A DNA stretch of 64,000 nt from positions 1 to 64,000 of the forward strand of contig CBFFRP010000150.1 in the NCBI GenBank assembly GCA_965644295.1, given 5' to 3'. The position numbers and the translations under genes were made by a program. The notes under the pieces were generated by a model. The model had not been told where the DNA came from and searched no databases. It worked only from the letters and a program-made list of their open reading frames with translations. This DNA comes from Paraphysomonas bandaiensis (Eukaryota; Protista; Chrysophyceae). Positions 1 through 11,821 of this stretch are shown in pieces (the stretch's first letter is position 1; every line of letters starts with the position of its first letter).

Positions 1-3
1 TGG

Positions 4-734
4 CAGGACTGTACTTCAATTAATTGATATAAAATACCATCTTATTTCACTGAAAAGTTGCTATAAAACGGCATTTAAGTTGCAAGAATCGAAGATTCAT
101 GAAAAACTATAATACCCAAAATGAATGATCTTCTTTTCTTTAAATGGAAAAAACCATTGACACGACAGACCACCAGCAGGATGAGAAATATTTCGAGATC
201 AACATTGATGAAGTATATGGATGCCTTGGCCTCAGAGGTTGAAAGCACGATAAAAGCAATATTTCCAATGAATTTTGGTTTGATAGTTCATGGATGTACG
301 TGCAGCAAGGAACAATACTTTGCTGGTTTTGCTGCATGGATCGACACCAATGTGGTCTAGTTCAGAATGACGACGCAGCTCAATGTTTGATTGATGGTAG
401 CAAGCAATGGAAGCGAGTACGTCTTAATTAACAAACCCGTCACCGCAGCATGAAGCATTTGCATGCCACAACCAATAAGGTTGAAAGGTTGTGCAGTAGA
501 GCGTTATGACGGATTTGCACAAGAGTATGACTCCTAGGAAGTTAGAGCTATTTATGTTTTTACGCATGAACCGTCGCCTCTGGAATGAAACGTAGCTATA
601 TGGGCAGCTAATGTAGTTTAGAGTTTAGTAATAAATAAATACAATTAATTGCAATAATTGAAATTGAGACAGCAAGTAATAATTGCAATTATAATTTACT
701 ACAACCTGCATCAATTAATTGATATGCAGCCCTG
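4..734 (+). mobile_element. Internally deleted hAT-superfamily DNA transposon (non-autonomous)
   Basis: Imperfect 25-bp TIRs: CAGGACTGTACTTCAATTAATTGAT (4-28) versus ATCAATTAATTGATATGCAGCCCTG (710-734). The right flank TTGAATGG ends in TGG, matching the 3 visible left-flank bases, consistent with an 8-bp TSD. Transposase remnants are FGLIVHGCT..EQYFAGFA (121-360) and the hAT dimerisation-like TTNKVERLCSRA..MTDLHKSMTPRKLELFMFLRMNRRLWN (~465-590). Confidence 0.85.
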
Positions 735-993
735 TTGAATGGTGTTCACTTCGCGATGCTTTATTATGATGTAACTGTGCCTCTGACTTGTAGTGCACCT
801 ACTATGTTAGTGCACCTACTATGTACTACCACAATTTTATCAACATAAGGAGACAAGTGTGTACGAGTTCTGCTTATTTAACTGCTTACATCTATGAAAA
901 TATAATATATATTATATATAGTGGAATGCAAGTCAACTCTGGTATCAATCACCTACTACTATATAATGCTATTATACGCACTCTTCGGTTATA

Positions 994-2425
994 CTATTTC
1001 CATTCAGGAAAGTATGTTCTCTTCGCATAGTCTACAATAAGAAGTTTCGCTTTTTTCAGTACATCCTCAACACCTTTGCTGTCACGTAAAATGTATTCCG
1101 TGAGGCGATAGAGTCGTTTCAAAATACCGCTGTTCCTTTTTACCGAAGAGCTCATCCATATCCACATCTCGGGAGGCAGAGTATCTTGCAATCTATACCA
1201 CCCTGTCTTGGTCACATATGCATCGAATATTAGTACTACACATACTATAAAACCACTGAGGAATACTAGCACACTGACATGTCGAACAAGCCATATAGGA
1301 GCTTTCGTGGCATAGTGCGCGAATGCAAGTAGTCCAGCAGCAGCAATAGTTAAAGCAGCAATAAAAACACCTTCTAGAAGAAACTGGCCACGACCCTCAG
1401 GAGAAAAAATTCGACCAGTACCCATGGGACCCGGACCAACAAGAGGCGATGACCGAATGATACAGTATATAGACCCACTCACTCCAACGCAAAAGCACAA
1501 CTACAGAAGAATTGATTAGAAGATACCAAGACGGACTTTGCGGGTTAAATGCACAAATACACTCTAAAACCGAATTGTAGAAAAAAAGAAAATAGTAGCT
1601 TACCAGACATATTAACAGCCACAACGCTGGGGATCTGTACCATAACACCGCTTTGGAGAGATCACGCACAGCTTGATCCACCAAGAATGCAAGTATCACG
1701 CTCCCTCCACATAGGAAATAGAGAAACGGCTTGGGATCCATGGTGACTTTTACCTAGTCAACATATCAATTTACTCACAGTAGAGATGGCATGATATCAG
1801 TTGTAATACAAGTGTTGAAAAAACGACAGTGGAACAAACACAATCACTCTGTATAGGGAATACTCCATACCTCAACTCCAGTACGTTCTCTGAGAGCATC
1901 AAGAAAGGAAGCAACACCGGCATGAACTATTCCGGATTCTAACTCAAGTTTTTGAATTCCTTCTCTCTTAGAGTTCGCGTCTTTTGGAGGTACAATGAAT
2001 GTCCTGGGCACAGTCTGCAGTCCCAGTGTTTGGAATACCTTCTCAGCATTACTGACATCAATATCAAAAAATGCAATTTTAGAATGATTTGGTGCAGTAA
2101 GTATATCATATTGTTGATGATAATAATTAGCAACTGTTTCAATAACTTGACCACCAGATATACATGCACTACAATCATAACGTGCACCTTTCGCTGTAAA
2201 ATATAATACAGCATAATATAAACGTGGACGTTTTGTAATATATTTTGTAAATAATGTTTCAGTAAGACTTATAATTGATGAGTTTTTTGATAATTCAGCT
2301 ATTTCTATTAATGTATTGAATTCATTGGATGATCTCTTCGTATTAGTATGATCTGATGATATGGATGTCACTGTATGTATCCATAGTAATAAGGTTATAA
2401 GAAAATGTAGATGAAATGATTTCAT
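994..2425 (-). CDS. OST3/OST6 (MAGT1/TUSC3) family oligosaccharyltransferase subunit, 3 exons (~2425-1871, ~1754-1605, 1500-994)
   Basis: Signal peptide, thioredoxin-like lumenal domain (PRLYYAVLYFTA..CSAC), TM helices, SGSIYCIIR and QFLLEG motifs; GT-AG introns join the ORF pieces. Confidence 0.85.
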
Positions 2426-2526
2426 TGTTTTATATTTATAGTGAATTTAAGTAGAAAGATGTGATCTAGTTGTGTATTAGTAGTTGGGTTCTATGAACTC
2501 AGTTATATCTATATAGGATGGTACTC

Positions 2527-2680
2527 TGGGGAGGATGGTTGTGCATGTCGATTTTATCGATTTATTTCATTGAAAAGTCATCGTTTTTTCATTAAAAAGT
2601 AACTTTTTTTCACTTTTCACTGAAAAAACGATGATTTTTCAATGAAATAAACGATGAACAAATCAATAAACCACCCCCTG
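2527..2680. repeat. Foldback/MITE-like inverted repeat
   Basis: Arms 2561-2600 and 2612-2651 are reverse complements at 37/40 positions; the outer end ACCACCCCCTG resembles a hAT CAGGG terminus. Confidence 0.65.
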
Positions 2681-2808
2681 TGAATAGAGTTGTGCAGAAG
2701 ATGCTCCTGTATATAGATATACAGTAGGTCATATATGCATATACCGCCGTATGTGTTGTATGCATATACAGTATATGCCCCGTTTGTTCCTTTAATATTT
2801 TTGTAGTA

Positions 2809-4778
2809 CAGTGCACTCTCGATATGATCATCGATGTATGGTCAACACTCTCGTTATGGGAAACGGAATAGGCATTGGTACGGGGTTTTTAGCATGAAAA
2901 CCCCGATTTTATATAAATCCTTAGTTTTTAATAAAAAACCCCTCTTTTGGGTTAGGGTTTTGTGAAAGTGTTGGATATGTGCAGAGAGTACAATACTGCT
3001 GTATGCAATAATCATGAACACATTCATTACATATACATACATTACTGCATTTGTTCGTCTGCTGTACGCAGCGATGTCAGATGAATGCAGCATCGGTACC
3101 AAGCGCAAGAAATCGTTGAGTAGTTTCTCGGATGTGCAGAAATATAATTTTGTGAAAGAATATAAAGAGGGTCATTTCAAAACCCTCAAGCAATTCGTTG
3201 CGTACAAGGGAAACATATTTAGCCCTTCAGCATTAAGTAAATGGATTAAAGCCTGCAATGATGGAACACTGAAGATAGAAACTTGCACAGGCCGCAAGAA
3301 GCAACGGAAGGGTTCATTTCCTGAGGTTGAGAAAAAAATTGTTGACTACATTAAATTTCGCCAAGAAAACTACAAGACGGATAAATGCGGCTTGAGCTGG
3401 TTGTACCTGCAGCAGAAGGCTAAGGATTATGCAAAGGTCTACAAGATCCAGAAGAAAATAATACATATTCTAAACATTGTGGTATAGACGACGATATGGA
3501 AAACAACAATGCATTATATTGCTGGACAATTGCTCGTCCCACGTCGGCATTGATATAACCTTATATCCTTCGTACATTTCATTAGTTTTTTTGCCGCCGA
3601 GGCTGACTTCGCGTCATCAGCCAATGGACATGGGTATTATTGCTGCAATCAAAGTAGGCTACAAATATAATCTCCTGCATACACTGCTTTCTGTTTTCGA
3701 TAACGTGCAGCAATATGAAAGTGTTAAGTCGGCCATACCAAGAGCGCGGAGAGGTTGCAAAGGAATTATGTACGGTTTGAAACCACATATCTTGGACTGT
3801 ATGAATATACTGGATGATGTATGGAAAGGTGAACGGTATTGCAGTGATGAAACAATTGGAAGATGCTGGCGCAAAGCGAATTGTTTGCCACTACCAATGC
3901 AGCAGGAACTGATTAATAAATTCGGCTCAGCGGATAGATATGTATCTAAAATATCTGACGAAAATCTCTATTCAATGTGCAACCTACTGTCAACTCTGTG
4001 TATCAAAGTTAAGGAGCTTCCAGATGTGCCTGATATAGTTTCAGGAATTACTGAGATGTTTTCTTTTAGTGCCGAACAGCGAACCAGCGCAGTCGAGTTA
4101 TGGTGTGATGTTGAAAGTGATCAATTGGTAATCGAAACTGAAATTGAGGAAGCCATGGAGCGCTTGGAATCTTTTTCTATTTCTCCGCAAATACCGCTGG
4201 TGGATGATGATTGTCAAAGTGATACAAATATAGACCGCGCGTCTTCATCTACGGTAACTTTGAATCAATTCAATGATGCCATGCGAGTTGTATATGACTT
4301 TACTATGGAAAGTAGTAGTGAAAATTCTGCTACCTGGCACTACACGTTTGTTAAGACCGCTTCAGAAGTGACTAGAAGTTACTTAGAGAAGCGCGCAAAA
4401 TCTTCGTCACAACGAACGATACAACAATTTTTCTCGGTGCAGAGATCTAATTCTACACTATAGCAGTTATGTAGTAATTCTAGGTTATACAGCTGTCCTA
4501 TTGTAGCTAAGATCAGACAACGCATGCCTATGATGTAATAACAAGGCTATTTTAAATATTTAAACATAGAGGTAGGAGTTTTGAGCATAAAGCCATGGTT
4601 TTAATATCCAAAAACTGAGTTTTACAAAAAATATCTGGGTTTTTTCTACAAAACCGGGTTTTTTACAAAAAAAAATGGTTTCTATAAAATAAAACTGGGG
4701 TTTCTAATGGTCAACACTCTCGTTATGAGAAATAGTTTGCCTATGGTACAGACCCTTGATCATATCGAGAGTGCACTG
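2809..4778 (+). mobile_element. pogo/Tigger-like (Tc1/mariner) DNA transposon with internally deleted transposase
   Basis: Perfect 22-bp TIR CAGTGCACTCTCGATATGATCA (2809-2830 / 4757-4778) flanked by a TA TSD on both sides; encodes HTH and DDE_1 fragments. Confidence 0.93.
3074..4463 (+). pseudogene. pogo-like transposase remnant (CENP-B-type HTH fragment joined out of frame to the C-terminal half of a DDE_1 domain)
   Basis: 3074-3487 has RKGSFPEVEKKIVDYI..SWLYLQQKA. 3477-4463 has ILLDNCSSH..LVFLPPRLTSRHQPMDMGIIAAIKVGY..TIGRCWRKA. The segment with the first catalytic Asp is missing at the ~3450-3480 junction. Confidence 0.85.
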
Positions 4779-5093
4779 TACAGTATTGTGTACTGTAATC
4801 CGTATGCTGTATGTGTAATCCGTATACAAAGTATTTATACAAAGTATATTATGGTATACAGCATACAACTGACCATATTCTATGTGATTGCACGAGCACC
4901 AATCATATCTACTGTCCATACCATTCATTCATTTCACCACCTTCACTTCTTCTCACTTTATCTTTTTCTTCTTAACTCCCACCCTTTACATACATACATA
5001 CATACATACATATATAGAGTGAGACTCCTCATTACATACATCTCTATCTATACTATACATTAACACTATAATCCATACATTCACTATATTATC

Positions 5094-7272
5094 ATGACAG
5101 AAGAATATGGTTCATTACCAACCATGTTATGTTGTATATGTGGGACAGAAATACTTCATAATGCAGCAAACATGTGTGTTGCTTGTTTAAGGAATGAAGT
5201 TGATATTACTGAAGGTATACCAGCTCAATTAACTATACATAATTGTCGTGGATGTAACAGGTTAGATACACTTTTATCTCCTTTATTCATTCCTTAAACA
5301 TTCATAGATTCCTCTTACCACCATGGCAAAAGGTTGAATTAGAGTCAAAGGAACTCATGTCAGCTTGTTTAAGGAAGATACCTGGACTATCTAAGGTACA
5401 TATAATCTCATACATTAACTGATATATATATACTTATGAGAATATATATATAGTTGAAAGTTGTCGACGCAGTATGGATATGGACAGAACCACACTCATT
5501 AAGACTTAAAATTAAGCTCACTATTCAGAAAGAAGTTATGAATGGGGCAATTCTACAGCAGGCCAGCATTATTGATTTCGTTATCCGTAATCAGCAGTGT
5601 AAACAATGTCAAGCGTATTATGCACAAGGAATGTGGACCTCTGTTGTACAAGTTCGTCAACATGTACCGCATAAGAGGACATTTTACTACCTCGAGCAAT
5701 TATTGCTCAAAGAGAGTGCCCACGCTGATTGCCTTCAGATTGTTACGTTCAAAGATGGAATGGACTTTTATTTTATGGAAAAGCAACAAGGACTCAAATT
5801 CATTGACTTCCTCGAGAGTCATGTTCCGATTAAAGTGAAATACTCTCGGAAGCTGCTCACAGCAGACCATAAGAGTAACGTTGGAAAATTTAAGCATAAC
5901 CACATGGTTACCATTGCACCAGTCTGTAAGGTATGCTATTCTGGCATTATAAGTTACTATGCTCTGCAGCAAGTTCCTTGGTTCTGGTGCATTGTAGTTG
6001 TGGCAAAGCGTTGTCATGTGTTATGATAATCGTCTTACATCTGTGCGTAGGATGACTTGGTGCTCTTACCCGCAGCTTTGGCCCGTAACCTTAGCAACAT
6101 TAGTCGTATTGTGTTAGTAAAAGGCATTGGGTCTGGTATTCAAGTTATCGATCCCTTTACAGGAGAGGTAGGCTTTTTTTAAATGCCCACATGTTAATCG
6201 ATGCAATGATGTGTAACGATACGTATGTCATCTACTTGTACCACTTGTACCTCTGTGTGCACTGATATATGGTTTTAGCGACAAGAGATTAACACAGAAA
6301 AGTATTTTCGAGATGAATTTGGGGCTGTTATGACCGCTAAACAGCTCACCACTTACGTAGTCCTCTCCGTAGAGCCCGTCTTGGTCGACTCTCGGCCCTC
6401 TTCGAAAAAACGAGGGCTTGATAGGAAGATGAGGGTCGCAGAATGTGTAGTAGCACGGGAGAGAGATTTTGGTGTTAACGACACCCAGTTCACATGCCTT
6501 ACACACCTTGGTAATATTCTGAGAGAGGGCGACTTTGTTCAAGGGTTAGTGGCACGTGTTGTATTTGATTTGAATATTCGAAATTTACACATGTATTTTT
6601 ATAATGTTCATATGCTTACGTTGTGCCATATACACTAATCAACTCACCGCTATGTTTTCGATCAGTTATGACTTAACAACTGCACCATGGGCTAACGATG
6701 AGTTAGACGGCCCTAAGATGAAGGGTGATATTCCTGATCTAATGCTTGTTAGAAAGGTAGGCGTGTTGTAACGCATCGTATATGTATGCCTTACGACTGC
6801 CCTATACTTAGTTGGTGTATTTTATATTTTCCTAATTACATGTCTATAGTACTATGCGGCGAAGAAAAACCGTATGTGGGACCTCAAAAAGATGGATGCC
6901 GATGAATATGAAAATCAGCTCTCATCTAGAGAGAATCAGGCAGAGGAAGCAGACTATGAGCTGTTTATGCAAGAGCTAGATGCAGATAAGGAAATGAGAG
7001 CCAATGTGAATCTATACAAGACGAAGGCCGCACAGAGAAATGCACAGAAGGAGAGAGAAGAACGGATGAGTGATGGTGAAAGTGATGATGAAGATGTACG
7101 ATTAGATGAGCTTTTGGATGGTCTTGAGTTGAATGAAGATAGACGCAAAGTAGATTTTGAGCAGGGAGAAATATTGTCCTCTGAGGCAGCTGCCAGTATT
7201 CCTGCTGTGCCTCTAGAAACACAGGCATTTGATGAAGCACAGTACAACCCCAAGGACTTCAAGTTTATTTGA
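5094..7272 (+). CDS. NMD3: 60S ribosomal export adaptor NMD3 (~7 exons)
   Basis: CCICG..N.ANMCVACL, HNCRGC, DAVWIWTEPHSLRLKIKLTIQKEV, VQVRQHVPHKRTFYYLEQLLLK, THLGNILREGD, YELFMQELDADKEMRANVNLY, and a Leu-rich NES-like LDELLDGLEL. Confidence 0.96.
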
Positions 7273-8056
7273 AGGCATTGTTTGGTATCTAATTGTAATT
7301 CAGTCAGATTATCATGTGGTACATTCATAGTGTAGTACATACTCACATTACAAAACCATATCGTATATATCTCGTAGCTATTTCATATATTTATAACATG
7401 TAAAAATATGATGAGTCTGTCATCATGAGTTGTTGGTTTATTAGTCTGTCATAAATTTGATACCTTTACACACCAGCAAATGCTTTTGGGATGCACAACT
7501 GTAGTGTATAGTATAGGTTTCTTCTTTCTTCAATCTAATACGAGTCAGTGTGGTGGTAATATCGTAATAGGCGTATAGCTACGTACGTAGTGCATCAGTT
7601 AATTGGACAGCAGGTCATAATCGAGATCATAATTATCTACAACCTGCGTTTTTCTTAGTATACGACAACTCTATCCTGTCCTACTATCATTTCGTTTCAC
7701 CTGGCTATTGCACACTATATACTATACATCATTCAGCAGAACTTAACAGTGTATCTAATTAAAAAGTTCATGTATTGTAGAAGAAAAGTGGGAGCGGAAG
7801 ATTTTTAACCACTTCCTCAAAACTATATATAGTATCCAATGTAGCAGTCGTCTATTTACCTCTATTTATTGGTCGACGGCGATGTGGCCGGCAACGAGAA
7901 ATACCCAAGATGTATCCGACGGAAGAAAAGAGAGAGATTAAGTAGTATACTGTTTAGCACTAAAAACTGAATGCCACACCACGTACACTAATACTAAATC
8001 AGTTAACTGAACAACTGTAGCCAACTCCCTCTCATTGTGAATCGCTATGACTGACT

Positions 8057-10831
8057 TCAAATTCCATCTGCAAATTTGACAGCTCTGTCCACCCATACCG
8101 TGCTGAAGGAACAAAAATTTTAACACACCATGCGTCAAAGAGAGAAATAAAATATGTACACATTCAATCAAAGCTACCCAGTATTACGTATCATATATAA
8201 AATACACCACTAAACACCTCACTGTGCTATTTACAAAACAATAGGCACAAATTCGTCTCACCTGGTGAGAGGATTGTATCTTGCATGAAAGGGCTTTTTC
8301 ACGTGCTCACAATAGTTCCTCATCTTGTCTTTCGCATCTCCGAGGCTAGCAAAAATAAGAAATCAAAAAACAATGTTATTTCGAATGATATTTTCAGCAG
8401 GATATAAATATATATACCAATTGAAATACTAAGTCAACAAATTCTACATTTACTTAACCGGTACCTAATACAAAAATGTACATATATTACCTCTCAGCAA
8501 CAAAGTATATCGGCTGGTAGCACGTAATCGGGAACTGAGTCATGCCGGCTTCCTTGGGGTCCCATGGGCGCAGTTCAGGACGTTCGTCAGTTCCTCCAGC
8601 AGGACTATTTTCCACAAAATATTACGTCATGTGGAAAAACGACAAAAGTGGTGGACAAAATATGTACGCTGAAAATCATTCACTACATTTACAAAAAACG
8701 GTCCATACTAATATGGAATACTACTATCGCCATATATACTGACAGCTACGCACCGGTCGGGGGAGCATGAGTACTCTAGCTCTCCGAATGAAGATAAAAG
8801 GCCTACGAGACAAAAAACAAATCAGTTTCGCCAATACAAATCGGTAACATCGTGCGACACACATGAAATGCGAATCATATGAGTATGCCATTTCGTCGCC
8901 AAGCACGAAAACATTAATATCTACCTGCACCGTAAGCCTTGACTTCCCCATTTTCCTTGAGTAAGCCAAACTCAACAGAGTGCCAGTAGCATGCCGCCAG
9001 CTTCTCGATATCTTCGTCACTAGCGCCTGCAATGTATATTAAAAAGGAGAAGTGTTGATGGGGAAAATATGTATACGTATCAGTGGACGTATATGCATTA
9101 CAGTTACGCGTACAAAAAACGTAAAGTCTTAAGTAAGGTTAATCCGCACCTAGAGATGCCAACCCTATCTCTTGGCTAAAATCCGCAAAATCGGGGTCTG
9201 CGAACATGGGTGCATGACCCAGTAATTCATGACAGATATCTGAAAGTGATTAAGGTTACAAGGGGTGTGACACACGCATGCAATCATTGCATCAACACAA
9301 TGTAGATTTCCTACCTGGCTCAGGAGTATAAAGCGGTTTCGAGTGATGCCTGGTACAACGTATGATAATTAGTGTAAGTATATATACTATGCACATATCG
9401 TCCAGCAGCACCTTATGTACTGCGTTGAAAAGAAAACACGGAAGGCAAGCCCGCTTAAGAAGTCTCTCGATGAGAGCAGACCAGCCACAGGCCTCAGACG
9501 AAACCCTGTCTGTGTCTAGATATATAAGTTCTATTAGAAGCTCTCAACTTTTCTCCGTGCAGACACCACCACTCACCATAAGAAAGTCCGAAATATCTTG
9601 TGCCTGTGGTATGCGGTTGTTGCTATACCCGCAGTACCTCTTCATTAGCGCCAGTGAGTGTAAGTATTCCTTGCAAGCATACTTCTCCTGCAGTTCTGAC
9701 AGACGGTCGAACACCGCGCCCCTAAGAGACGAGACACGTTAATACAAAATCTCCGTATGTGTCAATGCTGTGTGACATCTTGCTCGCATACGTACAACAC
9801 ATTTGGAACTCACCAAGTATCTATCTCATTCTGAGTGTAGGTGATGTGGGGAATGGGGGTACCCTGGGAGTAGTTCATAGCAATATCTGCCAGTTCACTC
9901 CGACGAGCCCGGTAGACTGCAACAAAACGATATCACAAGGAAACATACGTAAACAATTACGAATACAACAACCATTATGGCGACTATAGACTGCACCATA
10001 TAAAACCAATTGCACTTTATTAAATTCCTAATTACCTTTGTCATGAAATCCAGGGTGGTCTGCCTCCAGGTCCGTTCCTACAGGGAGCAGCAGAGGTGCA
10101 GTCATAAACAAGTCGAAAAACATAAAGTGACATCTAATAAGGTTTGGAACACAATTAGAACCCACCTGCATCAAGAACTCGGTTTGCAATTTTATCCAGG
10201 TCGTTGATTTGCCTATTATTTTTAAGTCAAAGAGATGACTTCAAATGATTCGTGGCTACCTGGGAAACCACGGCACTTCTTTCTCATCCAATATAAGCGT
10301 ATTGCTGCTCAATACATCATAAGTCACTAAGATAAACAAGTTTGCAAAATGCCCACTTCTTACCTGCACTGCTTTCTGAGCTCAGTAAGCAACTTATCAG
10401 TTTTTGTGTCGCCGACTTGTCCTACACGCGTACACAAATCATACATGCTCTATATATATTAACACACAATATTACCGTAGAAGTCCATGAATATAAGGAA
10501 ACCATTCGAATCCCTATCCAAATCAATGATTATATGTATATATATAATGATAATAATACTACCGTTTGCTTGGTCTGGATTCAATATGTGTGAGATCGAT
10601 ATCATACTTCCAAAAGTATTTTAATATATCATAAAGTGCACCCGGTTGATGTGGTATTTCCGTTAAAATCGAAATACGTGGTTGCTATAGTAATTATACA
10701 ACCATAATTAATTAATAATAGTACATACATACATACATACATACCTCATACACAGAGAATAATCTAGATGCAATACGAGGAGTTGAAGTAGTGAGTGCAA
10801 CACGTCGTACAGGTAGTAAATGACGTAACAT
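8057..10831 (-). CDS. PAH: Phenylalanine-4-hydroxylase (ACT plus catalytic domain), many short exons, with an N-terminal mitochondrial-type presequence
   Basis: Spliced by eye: [26 protein letters not shown] (ACT), [99 protein letters not shown]. The stop falls after [13 protein letters not shown] at 8057. The ORF track misses it because the exons are short. Confidence 0.92.
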
Positions 10832-10965
10832 ATTAGTTTGATAAGATTTGTTTAATAGATAAGTTGTTTGATACTATGTATATATATATATATAGTTATG
10901 TATGTATGTATAGTTATGTAAGTTGAGTTGCTTCGTTGTTGTTGTTGTATGTATTGAACATCAAT

Positions 10966-11154
10966 CATACATACATACATACATACATACATACATACAT
11001 ACATACATACATACATACATACATACATACATACATACATACATACATACATACATACATACATACATACATACATACATACATACATACATACATACAT
11101 ACATACATACATACATACATACATACATACATACATACATACATACATACATAC
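10966..11154. repeat. (CATA)n microsatellite in the PAH / kinase divergent intergenic region
   Basis: Perfect tetranucleotide array. Confidence 0.99.
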
Positions 11155-11821
11155 TTCGTACACTATACATATATATGGTATACAGTGTATGCGGCATGGA
11201 CCATATGGAGCATGCTATATATATATGCAGTTCCAGATGACAACCAGTATATATATACTCACAGTACTGCTGTATATATTTTTTACGGGATGTATTACGG
11301 ATAGATGTACTGCTGCGCAGGTATATATATACACAGCGTACCCATATATATGTCTCGTAGTACCATAAATCTAGATACGTACACCAGTACACTTCAGTTG
11401 TTCTTGTACAGCTCCTCTATATACATTCAGCAGCGTATTGTATATTTTTGTTCCAAGATGCCTCTAATATTGAGTCAACAATTATCTGTAGTCCAACCGT
11501 AGTTGTATGTAGGTTATATAGCCAAATTTTGCTTCAATTTATTCCCGAAAAAATAAGATGTTGACTGCCGATACAAGTGTACCGATGTACCTATGTATGT
11601 ATATATCCTCCTAATGACAGTTGTTCATATACATTACCACACTCTCCCTATAAAACCATATATCATCTCCATCTAACTTAATTATCATTCTTATTCTTAT
11701 TCTCTTCTCTCACTACTCTCATACACCTCTACTCTACCATATCTAACCCCCCATAACACTCCTATATATCTACATATGACACACTCCACTACACAGTAAT
11801 TCATAGCATATATATACAAAG

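Noticed and set aside
791-824. 17-bp tandem duplication TAGTGCACCTACTATGT
   Set aside because: Real but trivial; no evidence of function.
2946-2962. Telomere-like TTGGGTTAGGGTTT
   Set aside because: A single unit inside the pogo subterminal region.
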